From assembly GCA_051362555.1 (NCBI GenBank), contig CM120640.1, forward strand, positions 20,088,001 to 20,152,000: a DNA stretch of 64,000 nucleotides, in the 5' to 3' direction. Made by a program: the position numbers and the translations under genes. This document shows, piece after piece, positions 26,001-37,532 of the stretch (position 1 is the first letter of the stretch; each line of letters starts with the position of its first letter). This DNA is from Lingula anatina (lineage: Eukaryota; Animalia; Brachiopoda). The notes under the pieces are model-generated. The model searched no databases. It was not told where the DNA came from and saw nothing but the letters and a program-made list of their open reading frames with translations.

Positions 26001-28473
26001 AGTAAAATTGTCAGCCAATTTAAAAATGACAATGCACTTATCTGCCAAATTGGTATTACATAAGTCAGATTTTTCAAATGGGTATTTTTTAGTGCCAAAC
26101 TAGTATTAGTCAATTAAGAAAATGTCTTAAATGTTAATCATGTACAATATTTTAGAGTTTTTACAACATTGAAGGGTATTTGGTATAGTTTCTTACACAC
26201 TTCTGTTTTTTAAGTTATATTAATATTACTTTATTACAATTAATTGTTTCCAATCTCAGAACTGCAGGTTGTACTAAAAAGGAAAGGGGCATATGGTCTT
26301 ACATGTATGCATCTTTATATCACTTATAAGTAACTAAACTATTTACTAATACCTTCATTTTTTTCAGTGATAAAATAACCACAACTGTAGACATAATCCT
26401 CAAGATGGCTGAAACGGCAAACAAAACAGACATTGCTGTGCATATGACAGAGCAATTGTTAAACAACAGTTACATCCTGCAAGCTAATGGTACAAATTTC
26501 CCTGTGGTGGGAGTGCCAGAATTCCTAGATGGAAATGTGACAGGTTGGTAGCTGATTGTTTCATGTAATGAAAGTTTACAATGTAGTATTCCATTTATAG
26601 TAGACTTTTTAGTTACAGTGTCTGTGTTTTAGTAAAGCAACATGAGTATAACATGCTCTTTGAAGTCAAACATTGGTGATTAAGTCAGCCTCTTTGAAGT
26701 GGCTGTACATCACTTTTCATAATAATAATAATAATAATAATTTATTGAGCACTAAAATGTGTACAAAATACATTTTACATGTTTAGTTTTTACATATATG
26801 TGTATAAATATACAATATTTTTTGTACCAAACCAAACTACCAACAGTTGAGTCCATCTGCAGTGGAGCAGTGTCTACATATTGATGTTATATTTTATACT
26901 CAGAATTTAACTGATTCCTCTTTGTTTCAGACCCAGTTTATAAATGTGAATATGAACCATACCTGTGTAAGAATGGTGGAGTATGTATTCAAATTGATAG
27001 AGGATACTGCAAGTAAGTATAGCAACAAGATGTTTATTAGTTTTAAAATCACACCAAGGCAAAGGATTGCAAAAATGAATTTATAGATTTTGGAGACATG
27101 AAAATTAATTGAAAAAGATAAATCTTTTGGTGAAATATGTATGTTTTCAATTTGTTACACTTCCAATAACAATAAAAGTAAAGAAATGGAATGCAATTGT
27201 GAAACATAAATAGAATCATAGAAATACATCTAATTCCTTGTTGTCCATGTACTTACAGGTGCACAGAAGATTTTGAGGGTGATACTTGTGAGACTATAGG
27301 GTCCAAAGACTTAAGCACCCTTCTTGTCATCATAATACCCATAGCAAGTGTGCTTTTAGTGATAATTTGTGTCCTGGGGATATTACTAATATGCATATTC
27401 CGACGTAGAAGGCAACGTAGAGAAATCAGGAGAAGAACCTCCATGGCCAATTGGGAGCGGTGAGTTGGTCACATGACAGATTAATGTAACAATGATTGAA
27501 ATTAAAATAGCAGTTATACAAGTACATGCACTTCCATGAGAACAACTTGTATTTTATTTGTAATTTAACAGCATTTTATATGTAATGAATAAAATTCATG
27601 GATATTTTCATTCATCATATCTCCCTATTCATGTTCCCCAGGGACATGGCAAGTTCATACAGTCGTGCCAGTAGTATATTCCATCCAAAGTACAGCGGCC
27701 CCTATTGGCAACAGTTGCTGGGTAATGGAAGAAGTGCTGACTCAGTGCACCGTCAACCACAGACAAACAAACCACACTTACTGTTGTGGAGAACTGTAAT
27801 ACCAACTGAAACCTCCACCGAGTGGTCAACATCACTGGCATCCACGTCTGCTGATCAAGGTATGTTGGCATGTTACTGAGCTTTATATATGGTGGACATA
27901 GGGAAGAATGTAGAGTATCTTCAAATGATATTTAATTACTTTCTGTTTGTCATACTTGATTTTTGTTTTTGTTGTTGATTTTATTTTATCCTTTTTATTG
28001 TTTAATGGTCATATTTACGTAGAGAAGATTTTAGAGATGAAAAAAATGAAAATTAAGTGGTTATCATAATATAAATACCAATACAATAAAGCATTGCATG
28101 AATTTTGAACTGTATATTTTCAGGGATACAAGAATCTGCAGATTCATTTTTGTGGGAAGACATGCTGACTGGACCTTTAGACCCAAAGAAAGACTTTAAA
28201 ATAAAGCGCCCTGTATTTGAAAAGCAGCCAAAAGGGGCATACAAGGTATTTGTCTTTTTCATTTCAGCAAATATACGTAATTCTGTTTCAAAAAAGTGTG
28301 AAAGATGTCACATTTTGTAAGTGAGGTTTGAAAATGGTAATATTAACACCGTTGATTAAATGTACATGATTAATACCAATTTGGTATTATTGTTATATTA
28401 CCTGATTTTCAACAATATTAATAAAAACTAACTTTTATTTCAGTTACACTTGAAACCAGAATCAAAAGCTTAG
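1..28473 (+). CDS. Giant transmembrane mucin-like protein (MUC4/SUSD2/Mesh-like NIDO-AMOP-vWD core), 5' end outside window, about 37 exons in window
   Basis: Frame is open from base 1 to the donor at 10381/10382. Downstream exons (approximate): 10998-11201 Sushi; 11513-11710, 11990-12076, 12553-12780 CTLD-like; 13014-14711 NIDO exons ([12 protein letters not shown]); 14919-16023 AMOP exons ([16 protein letters not shown]); 16263-17979 vWD exons ([10 protein letters not shown]); 18880-24813 EGF/cbEGF exons (DIDEC); 25179-26543 SEA-like; 26930-27012 EGF; 27259-27459 TM followed by RRRRQRR; last exon 28444-28473 ending KPESKA-stop. Confidence 0.9.
16274..16285 (+). other. GDPH motif at the start of the vWD domain (autocatalytic Asp-Pro cleavage site in MUC4/MUC2-type proteins)
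   Basis: GGT GAC CCA CAT in frame within the exon reading [25 protein letters not shown]. Confidence 0.85.
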
Positions 28474-31400
28474 TTTCAGCAACACAGTAACATATTCACG
28501 GGTTAACAGAGAGGAGCAGTTGAGTAAAACAGATGTTAACTCAAATGAATAAAAACACCTAGAAAATGAATTATTATTAATGGATTCAAAGTCAAAGCTA
28601 CATGCAGCTTTGTGAAGATGTTATTTATAAAATAGCAGGAAAAACATTGCTGCAAATGTCTGGATTGTATTATAGTTATTGTCTAAGTGAAAAAATGAAA
28701 ATATTCCCGATCCTTCATTTTTATAGAAGGTAGTGATGCATTTTGTAGTTTTACAAAATATTTAAACCCTGATCTTTGCCAAAGTGAGTTGTAAACTCTG
28801 CTGCCCAATCCCATATAGAAAGTGACTTACTATCAGTAAGGTTAAATAAGGTGTAGTGTGATTTTAGAAGACATTTAGATTCCTAGTTATTGAAAGATAT
28901 GCATTGTTTGTAAATAAACTTTTGTTACCATATCATTTTTAGAATTGCTAATTTAAAGGCAAAACATATATTTTTATATACTTATTTTGATGAGCAATGA
29001 ATCACACCAGAATACAATTTTTGTTAAGTTTTTATTAACAGTTGTAAATATGAATTGCTTTGAACCAAGCATTTTGACAATTATTAATTACATTGCAATT
29101 TTATATTTGTATGTAAATGTAAATGATTATTTAATTGTGCTATTGTTATTGATTTTCAAAGTGTTTGTGATTAACTGTCTATCCTCTGCTCATAAAAATA
29201 TACAGCATGTCAATTATGATAATTCATATATTCATATTTAAATTGATTTGCATCCACACTCATATAAGTTCTGCATTAAACAGTTCATGTGTTGATATGG
29301 ATAAACTTGCATCATATTTTAAACTTACACTTAAAATCCTTTAAAGTCAAACTTACTAATTATATGATTTATCTGTTTCAGCAACAATATGTGATAATTG
29401 TACAATGAGAACACATTCCATTATTTTGGGCACATTTTGTGATAATGTGGTGTCTAAAACATTCCTTTTTAATATTATTGCACATACATTTGCACTTTAT
29501 GAATAATTAGTAGCAAATCTTTGTATTTGATGGTATGATTATATTGATAACAAGCTAAACAAATAAGTTTGACCAGTGATGTTTTACTTATATGTTAAAG
29601 TAATCTTAGATTGCAAAAAGAACAAATTCAAAGTTTAGCTGAAAGAAAATAAATATTTTTATAGTAACTGGTGTCATCTTTTTCGGTAAATACAACTTTT
29701 GATTGAGAAGTACTTTCTGTTCATATTTAATGAAACTCTATTTCTGTTTTCTCTATGGCTTTCACTTTTATTCATTTTTTTATTTTCTTTTTAAACATTC
29801 CAAAACTGACACTAGCAGTCTGGTTTCCAGGGATGGATCATAAAAAAATGCTTGAAGTGTAAACAAAGTAGATGACTATTGATGACTGTGATGTATAAAT
29901 GTCTATTTCACACCCAATTGAACTGAAAATGATACCTGTCATTCTGCATATACTGGGTATACATGTAAAACAGCACCAACTATATAATTATTATTTTAAA
30001 ATTAAAATTTTTAACTATTTAATTAGTTCCAATTTCACTTTTAATTAATTAACTGATTAATTAATCACCACCAAAATCTAACCCATATCTTAGCTATCAT
30101 GAAAATTTTATCAAAATCCCCAAAAAACTTTTTGCATAGACAAACAGAACCTTTGCAGAGGTAGCTATTAACACCGTACCCATAAGGTGGAATGGGGGAA
30201 ATAAAAAATTGAACAAAATTTCCCAAACCTCTTAATCATCCTGGATCTGCCCCGCATTTTGTCTAAAAAATATATTCGTATTACAATATGTTGGCATACT
30301 TATTTATAAAATTGCCCCATTACATAATTTGTACATGATTCAAAATGATACTTGAGACAAAAGAAGTGGGCATTCCGAAATGACTTAAATCATCGTAACG
30401 AGTTCGACAAAAGTAATTTTACAATGATTGTCCAGAATAAAAGCACATGCAAAAATTGCAGGATTTCCAGTCCGTTCGTTTGATATTTCTTTTCGTCAAA
30501 GACTAACCTGACAATAGTCACGTGAGCAGACCAAGTCAGTCTAACCCAACGACCTATCAAAAGTGTTTTGCCAAGTATTTAATTAGGTCTTCGCCAGGTG
30601 CATTCTGCAATTACATGATTTAAGACACTTGTGCTGGCTAGATGATTTGTATCAGCCAAAAACTAAAAAAATGGATTTTATCAATCGATCTATTTCAAGG
30701 CCATTCGCAGTTCTTTGAGATGACTTCAACAGCAACTTCCCAATCAGATTGTGGTGATTTGCATAACAATAGGTCGCTCAGCGCAGTGAGAACTATGATC
30801 ACTTGTTATAGCCGGAGATAGAGGACGTTGGACGGAGAGCATCTCATTCAGCGCTAGAGCTTGGACCCATCATACATGGATGAAGCAAATGAATTCTGTG
30901 GGTAATATTTCTTCTACCACTGCAAGCACACAGAAGTGAGCGAAGTTCCGATTCGAATGTGGTACGTACGGCTAGAGTAATTTATTTACTTCTTCCTTTG
31001 TGATTTGAGTTTGATAAAGTATTGGTAGGAAAACTTGTTTTAATTCAAAGGGTTGTGGAATGGGTTGAATAGGCACTTTATCGTTTATAATGGTGTTGTT
31101 GCATCAAAAATGTGTTTCTTTTATGTTTTTACGAGTCCATATTACAAGGTAACAAGTTTGTCTGGGTAGCTCACGGGGTATAAGAAAAGTTGTCCGTAAA
31201 ATTCACGGCAGGCACGCTCCCATAGAAGCATGAAATATGAAGAAAGTTGTTGTATTACATATAAGTATTATAGTTTCTGGTGCCCGGGTACGATCACTTT
31301 AATGCCACTCACTGCACGTGAGTCACATAAAAACGTTTGAATTTTTGTACGTTTTTATATATTTGTAATCGATGTGCATGTATTACTGCGATTCTTCTCA

Positions 31401-33369
31401 GGTGCCTGCATTAGAAACTTGTGTGTATTACTTTCCATTTAATATCAAGAAAGATGTTTGACATGTTTGTAAGTAGAAAAAACGAGAGAAACTTTTTCAT
31501 AAGTTTTCATAAGTTTTCACAATGACACAAAAATTCATTGTATCCGTGGAATATTTTCCATGATTTTAAAGTAACCTACATGTAATAGCTTTTTGTATAT
31601 AATAGAAGCGGTCTGCTGTATCATTCAATAAATAATACCCGTTTAACATGAGAAAACTGAAATATGTATCAGATAATTATAGTCTTCTAAACTCTAAATT
31701 TTGCCCTAATTGATTCTATAATCCAATGACGAATTGTTGTATTCATTTGCGTCTTTACTTTGAGAAAGCTTTCCAATAGCACTGGTCAATTTATTCCTTG
31801 TGTCATTCTTTTCATGGTGTACTAGATACTGGTGTGCTACATTCATTGACATTTGTGGTGAAATATCGATTTTTTTAAAAAAATTTCAACAGGAGCACAA
31901 CAATTTCCTTTTCAGTTAATTCAGTCCTAGTTCAAGTTTAATTGCATTGGAATACCATATTAATATTGTTATTAAATCCTTATTTTGATATTTCAGAAGT
32001 GCCAACTCCTTTGCCGAAATCCTGCAAAATGCACGGGCGTCTGATAGAAGCTGTCCTAGGCTGGCCGTATTTTGGAACTGGACACAGAGACACGCACGCA
32101 ACCGCACTCTCTCACACACGCACCGCAACATGTTTATACTCTTACTGTGATTTCAAAAACATTTAAAACCTGCATATTATATTATTAATTGAAATGTTAA
32201 GCTAAGTTCGAGCGTGTTTCCTTTTCAAATTATACTCAGAAATCGATAATTGTTTTGTTTTAAGGTTAATACATGTATCTGACTTTTTAGAATGACGAAC
32301 CATTTATAAAATTAAATGAGCTTTTGGAGGGTAGTTTTCCATTTGATTAGTTAAGTAATATTGGAAGGTACCGACTGTTCAGATCCTATAATCTACTCGA
32401 TTTGAAATGTACTCTTTGCTTCTTTAAAATAAAACAAAACATTTGCTTTTTAAATTTGAATATTGTAAAAGTTGAAATAAAAAAGTGCCTCCGTATTGAG
32501 ATCACGTTTAGAGAAATGTATTAATGTATTAAATTATGTATTGTGCCACGAACTATATGAGCTCAAGTAAATATTTCTTCCGTTCAAATCTAGGAAATTA
32601 ATGTCACCCCTCGGCCTATTCTGACGCATGAATGTATATGTTCATATTGCATACATAATTGATGACAGTTTAGAAGTTCATATTTATATATCTAAAGTCC
32701 ATTTAATTGAATCCTGTTCTTAGCCCGTTGTATTTCCCCCAAATCTGTTATTCGATTTTGCGTGTAAATGTTATGCGGTTTCTTTCAATTTATCTGTGAT
32801 ATTGCGTTGAATTTTAGACCGAAAAACCGCGACCTTCTAATAACGTCAGGCTGAAAAAATTGATTTTTATCATTTTGCAATGTTTTCATAGTAGATGAAG
32901 TGCAGCTTTACATTCATTTTCCTATGCACGTTTTCTTTGGCAGCGTGTCTTTACTTACAGCATTAACAGTTTGTTCAATAGTTTGAATGTGAATATATTC
33001 CTATTTATTTATTCCGTGATAAAACTGAACGAAGTGTAATGCACAAAGTACTTGTACTCAATTTTATTTTTGTATAATACTAATGGACATTACAAGGTCA
33101 AAGGTAACGGTTATGCTCATAATCTAACTATAATTGAGAATATCGATTTTTAGAATTTAACAATGCTTTGCTTTATATGTGCATATTACTTAATTTTTTC
33201 TTATGGTGACTTTATGCAGTTTTATAATAAAAGACACATTAAAAATATCTCGGTTTTATAGTTTGAAATGAGTGATTTGTGTGACTGTATTGCTTTGGGT
33301 AACGGTGGAAAGAATCTACTTGCATTTAAGGCGTTTCTTTGGGTAAGTCTACTCAATGTGAGGGATAGT

Positions 33370-34146
33370 AGGTGGGGCGAGTCTATTCCATTTGAGGGGT
33401 GACAGGTGGGGAAAGTCTATTCCATTTAAGGGGTGACGGGTGGGACGAGTCCATTCCATTTGAGGGGTGACAGGTGGGGCGAGTCCATTCTGATTTTAGG
33501 GGTGACAGGTGGGGCGAGTCTATTCCATTTGAGGGGTGACAGGTGGGGAAAGTCCATTCCATTTGAGGGGTGACAGGTGGGGCAAGTCTATTCCATTTAA
33601 GGGGTGACAGGTGGGACGAGTCCATTCCATTTGAGGGGTGACAGGTGGGGCAAGTCTATTCCATTTAAGGGGTGACAGGTGGGACGAGTCCATTCCATTT
33701 GAGGGGTGACAGGTGAGCCGAGTCCATTCTGATTTGAGGGGTGACAGGTGGGACGGGTCCATTCTGATTTGAGGGGTGACAGGTGGGGTGAGTCCATTCT
33801 GATTTGAGGGGTGACAGGTGGGGCGAGTCTATTCCATTTGAGGGGTGACAGGTGGGGCAAGTCTATTCCATTTAAGGGGTGACAGGTGGGACGAGTCCAT
33901 TCCATTTAGGGGGTGACAGGTGGGGGGAGTCCATTCCATTTGAGGGGTGACAGGTTGGGCGAGTCCATTCTGATTTGAGGGGTGACAGGTGGGACGAGTG
34001 CATTCCATTTGAGGGGTGACAGGTGGGACGAGTCCATTCCATTTGAGGGGTGACAGGTGAGCCGAGTCCATTCTGATTTGAGGGGTGACAGGTGGGACGG
34101 GTCCATTCTGATTTGAGGGGTGACAGGTGGGGTGAGTCCATTCCAT
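33370..34146. repeat. 34-bp G-rich minisatellite, about 23 copies
   Basis: Unit approximately GAGTCCATTCCATTTGAGGGGTGACAGGTGGGGC, with period 34 (33381 to 33415). Variants TTCCATTT and TTCTGATTT alternate in blocks. Confidence 0.97.
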
Positions 34147-35700
34147 TTCCATCAGATTCTAAAAGTCTAATTTATAATCTGATGGAAATGGAATTAATTA
34201 ATGGAATTAATTTGAACTTTTGCCTTTTGAAAAGTGTGGTTTAATTTTGCTACAGAATCATTCCACTTTATCATTTTTAATGGAGTATTTACATTAAAAT
34301 AAGGTTTTTAGTTACAAATCAATTTGCGGAGGCAAAAATTTAAAGTTGTCAAAAATCAACTTGTACTATGTTCAGAAATTAGAGGAAAGATAGACGAATG
34401 AATTTGTTCAGGGAAAAAAAGCCTTATTGCTGTAGCTCAAAATTAAGGACATTTTCAAAAAAGCTAGATTGCCAATGCACATAAATTAAATTCGTAATTA
34501 ATATATATATAATTATCATATCTTTATATTGATATTTCTTTCCCCTTATATCCAAAATCTTATGTATCATTATTTTATATCAAAAGGAAATAACACAGAA
34601 TTACAGAAGTATTTATTCAGCTTTAATATAAGTAATGGATAAATAGGCGTAGTCTCCGAATGTGTACTAAGGCTACGGTAGGTTGTTTGCAGGGCCGGTT
34701 GTGCAGTATCTCGGCGGGCTTCTGAAATGAGAAAATTATGTTTAAAACAGCCTTTGGCCATACGAACAGGTTTTTAATGCATGCAATATAACAAAGGAGA
34801 AGACACTTAAAACTGAAATGACGTGCATGTTTATTGGATTATCCAAAGTTCAGGCTCAGCTACCAGCGATGAAACTGAGGCTAAAATTGAGGATGACAAA
34901 TAATTTGGCATATTTTTTAGAACAATAGAAAATTAAAAATGTAACTCTCCCATTTGCGTATGTTATTACTACGGTCGTTTACATATTGCACTTACTGCTG
35001 AATGTCTTGAATGCAATGATTTCTATAATCGCTAGAATCACGTTTATTGTTTTAAATAAAATTATTTTTGTTATATCTTAAAATACCTAAGAGAGACATT
35101 TGACTTGTTGATAAAAATTTAGCATGGAATTTAGCCAAAAGATCTTGCGCATATAAGTGGTTCAATTGTACCCATTGGTCGGAAGCTCAGAACTGTGACA
35201 AGCATTACCATTATCTACATCGTAAAGAAGTCCCAGTTCTAGGTAGTAATGCTCACATTACGAAAAATCTCATTTAAGTAGTCACAGATCTTCTCTTAAT
35301 TGGCTGGACCATACAAAAATGTTCTTGCAGAACATAATAAATGACCTAGCTACAAGATTTCAAACAATCTAGGTTTTCATCAAAGGTCACCGTTCATCTG
35401 AATGATTGCAGCCCCAAAGCATTGTAATACTAAATCAAAACTAACGCAATTCTTTCTAATATTCTGAGTGACATGCAAGTAAAGATGGGCATAAGTTTAT
35501 AAAGAATTATGTTCTAAATGTTTCTCGTAAATTTCCTATCATTCGTCAGTGACCTAAGTATTTTATGACCGTGGTTATTGAAGAAATCGTGATACTTACA
35601 AAACATACATTTGCCTCCTCGCCTTTGCTACTGCACCACACCAACCTCTGCGGGATCACTCGACAATGTCCAACTGACAAGTGAGTATTCAGAAAAACAT

Positions 35701-36008
35701 CTCGCACTGTGATGAACAGCTTATTATTATGCAAATTACAACAGGTATGGCTCATTCTAGGTGAGAGGTTGTGACTAAAACAGTCGAAGTCGATGGTTTA
35801 CTACGGGAATTTCAACTGCATGACGGAAGACGTGCATGTAGTTTTTCTGAAATAATAAAAGTGTGTTTCAACAAAATGTAGTGGACAATTATATCTTCAT
35901 GTCTATGTATAAACATTCGTGACAGTTTCAGACACAACCTCTCACCTAGAATGAACCATACCTGTTGTAATTTGCATAATAATAATAAGTTGCTCATCGT
36001 AGTGCGAG
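35701..36008. repeat. Inverted repeat with ~85-bp arms and ~135-bp spacer (possible MITE/foldback remnant)
   Basis: 35701-35785 is the near reverse complement of 35921-36008 (TTATGCAAATTACAACAGGTATGGCTCATTCTAGGTGAGAGGTTGTG versus CACAACCTCTCACCTAGAATGAACCATACCTGTTGTAATTTGCATAA). Confidence 0.85.
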
Positions 36009-37532
36009 CTGAATGTTTATAATAAATCGACATGCGTACTTGTACTAATAATACAATATGGAATCGATAAACCCTAGTTCCGTTGGATCCAGATGCCGCC
36101 AGATAAAAAAAATATTATAGACCCATGTACCGACTGATACGATGTCCCACCTAACACACATACTATAGTAAATGTACAGGTGCCTCTCAATCCAAATACC
36201 GATAAATTAATGCATTTTACAAAAAAATTCACTAAAACCATGGGGTGTGGTAGCGGTAGAAAAGTGTTAAAATCAGTTTTAGTGGTGCCACGAGTAGTGC
36301 CAGCAACCTAGTCTTGTCCCTTATAATAGGTATTTTTAGTATCATCCAATGTAATGCCCCTTCTCACTTTAAGTTCTTTTCAAGTTCTCGGGGCTAATGG
36401 CCGAGCAAACAAAACGCGGGGGGGGGGGGGGGGGGTAGGGCAGGGGGCAGCAGTAGAGGGCCTACAACGCGGCAAATATTAAGCCTACGGCCCCCGTAAG
36501 CGTCCTCGGATTTAATTTCGTTTATTTTTTAACTTTGATTTAAATTGTTCATGTACATGTGTGTGGCACCAACATGTAATCACACCGGCTCCTCACGTGC
36601 TCTGGAATGTTCAACGCTTAAGAAATATCGACGGAAGGAAATAAGGACCCTTATATTCTGCATTTGGCTGTCAATCTGCAAAGAAAATATCTGCGCCTTG
36701 AAAAATCCAAAGCCATTTTTGTCGTTAAATATTGATAACCATATACCGGTTTGATTACATGTACATGTAGGTGTAGAGAAAATTTGCCAAGAAAACAGGT
36801 TTGGTGGCCCATTTAAAAGGATGTGCGAAAAATCCAAATTCGTCAACAAACTCTGGGGAAATCATTGCTCGACTCCCTCCTACATTTGCCTTGTTACATA
36901 TTCAATAATAAAGCTGTCAATTATGAAAAATCTCAATCATTATAATATTAAACAACAAAAAAGTTGCATCAACGAGTCACCTTGTATTTTACTTGAAATA
37001 CTTATGCCCAGATAACAGTTTCAAGATGCTTTGTTTAGCAGATCTAGAATTGTTACTTAAACATATTGTTCGCAACTTCATATGAGATCCTGCTCATACT
37101 AACGCAAATCTCTGACATGGGACAGGATAGGAAATACAGCACTACCAATATTTTCCATGAGCTGGTACAGTATCCAGAAGATTTTACTAAATACGATATT
37201 GCTGGAAATTTGTATCATGTTACAGTCCACTTAAACTGCAGCATCATAAATAAGATTTATCATTACTTCACTCTTACAAAGCAACTTGAGGTTAAAAATC
37301 TCTGAAATGTTAAATAATCTCAGTTTCAAGTAAACAGATAGGATGGGTTTGTTTCTGTTAATTTGCAGTCTTTAATTTTTTTAATAAGAGGTCCCTGAAA
37401 ATGTCTTTGGACACCAGTATCACTCCATCATAATTGTATTTATTGTTATTTTGATTTATCAACCAGAAATGTCCATTTGATGGGAAACAACTAATAGTTT
37501 GTATACAGGGAAGCATCCAGATGTTTAGTAGT

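Noticed and set aside
30040-30165. Possible degraded HINE-like fragment
   Set aside because: Only vague motif resemblance and no recognisable paired termini.
30541-30550. CTAACCCAAC resembling a telomerase RNA template
   Set aside because: Does not match the required CTAACCCTAA, and no supporting domains were seen.
30829-30955. Partial matches to miR-184 (TGGACGGAGA) and miR-87 (GTGAGCGAAGTT)
   Set aside because: Matches stop after about 10 nt or break the seed, and no precursor hairpin is evident.
33383-34152. Overlapping minus-strand ORFs, and a CRISPR-like look of the 34-bp repeat
   Set aside because: Pure tandem minisatellite without unique spacers or cas genes; the ORFs are frame-rotating translations of the unit.
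36418-36447. Poly-G run
   Set aside because: Simple homopolymer of unreliable length with no associated structure.
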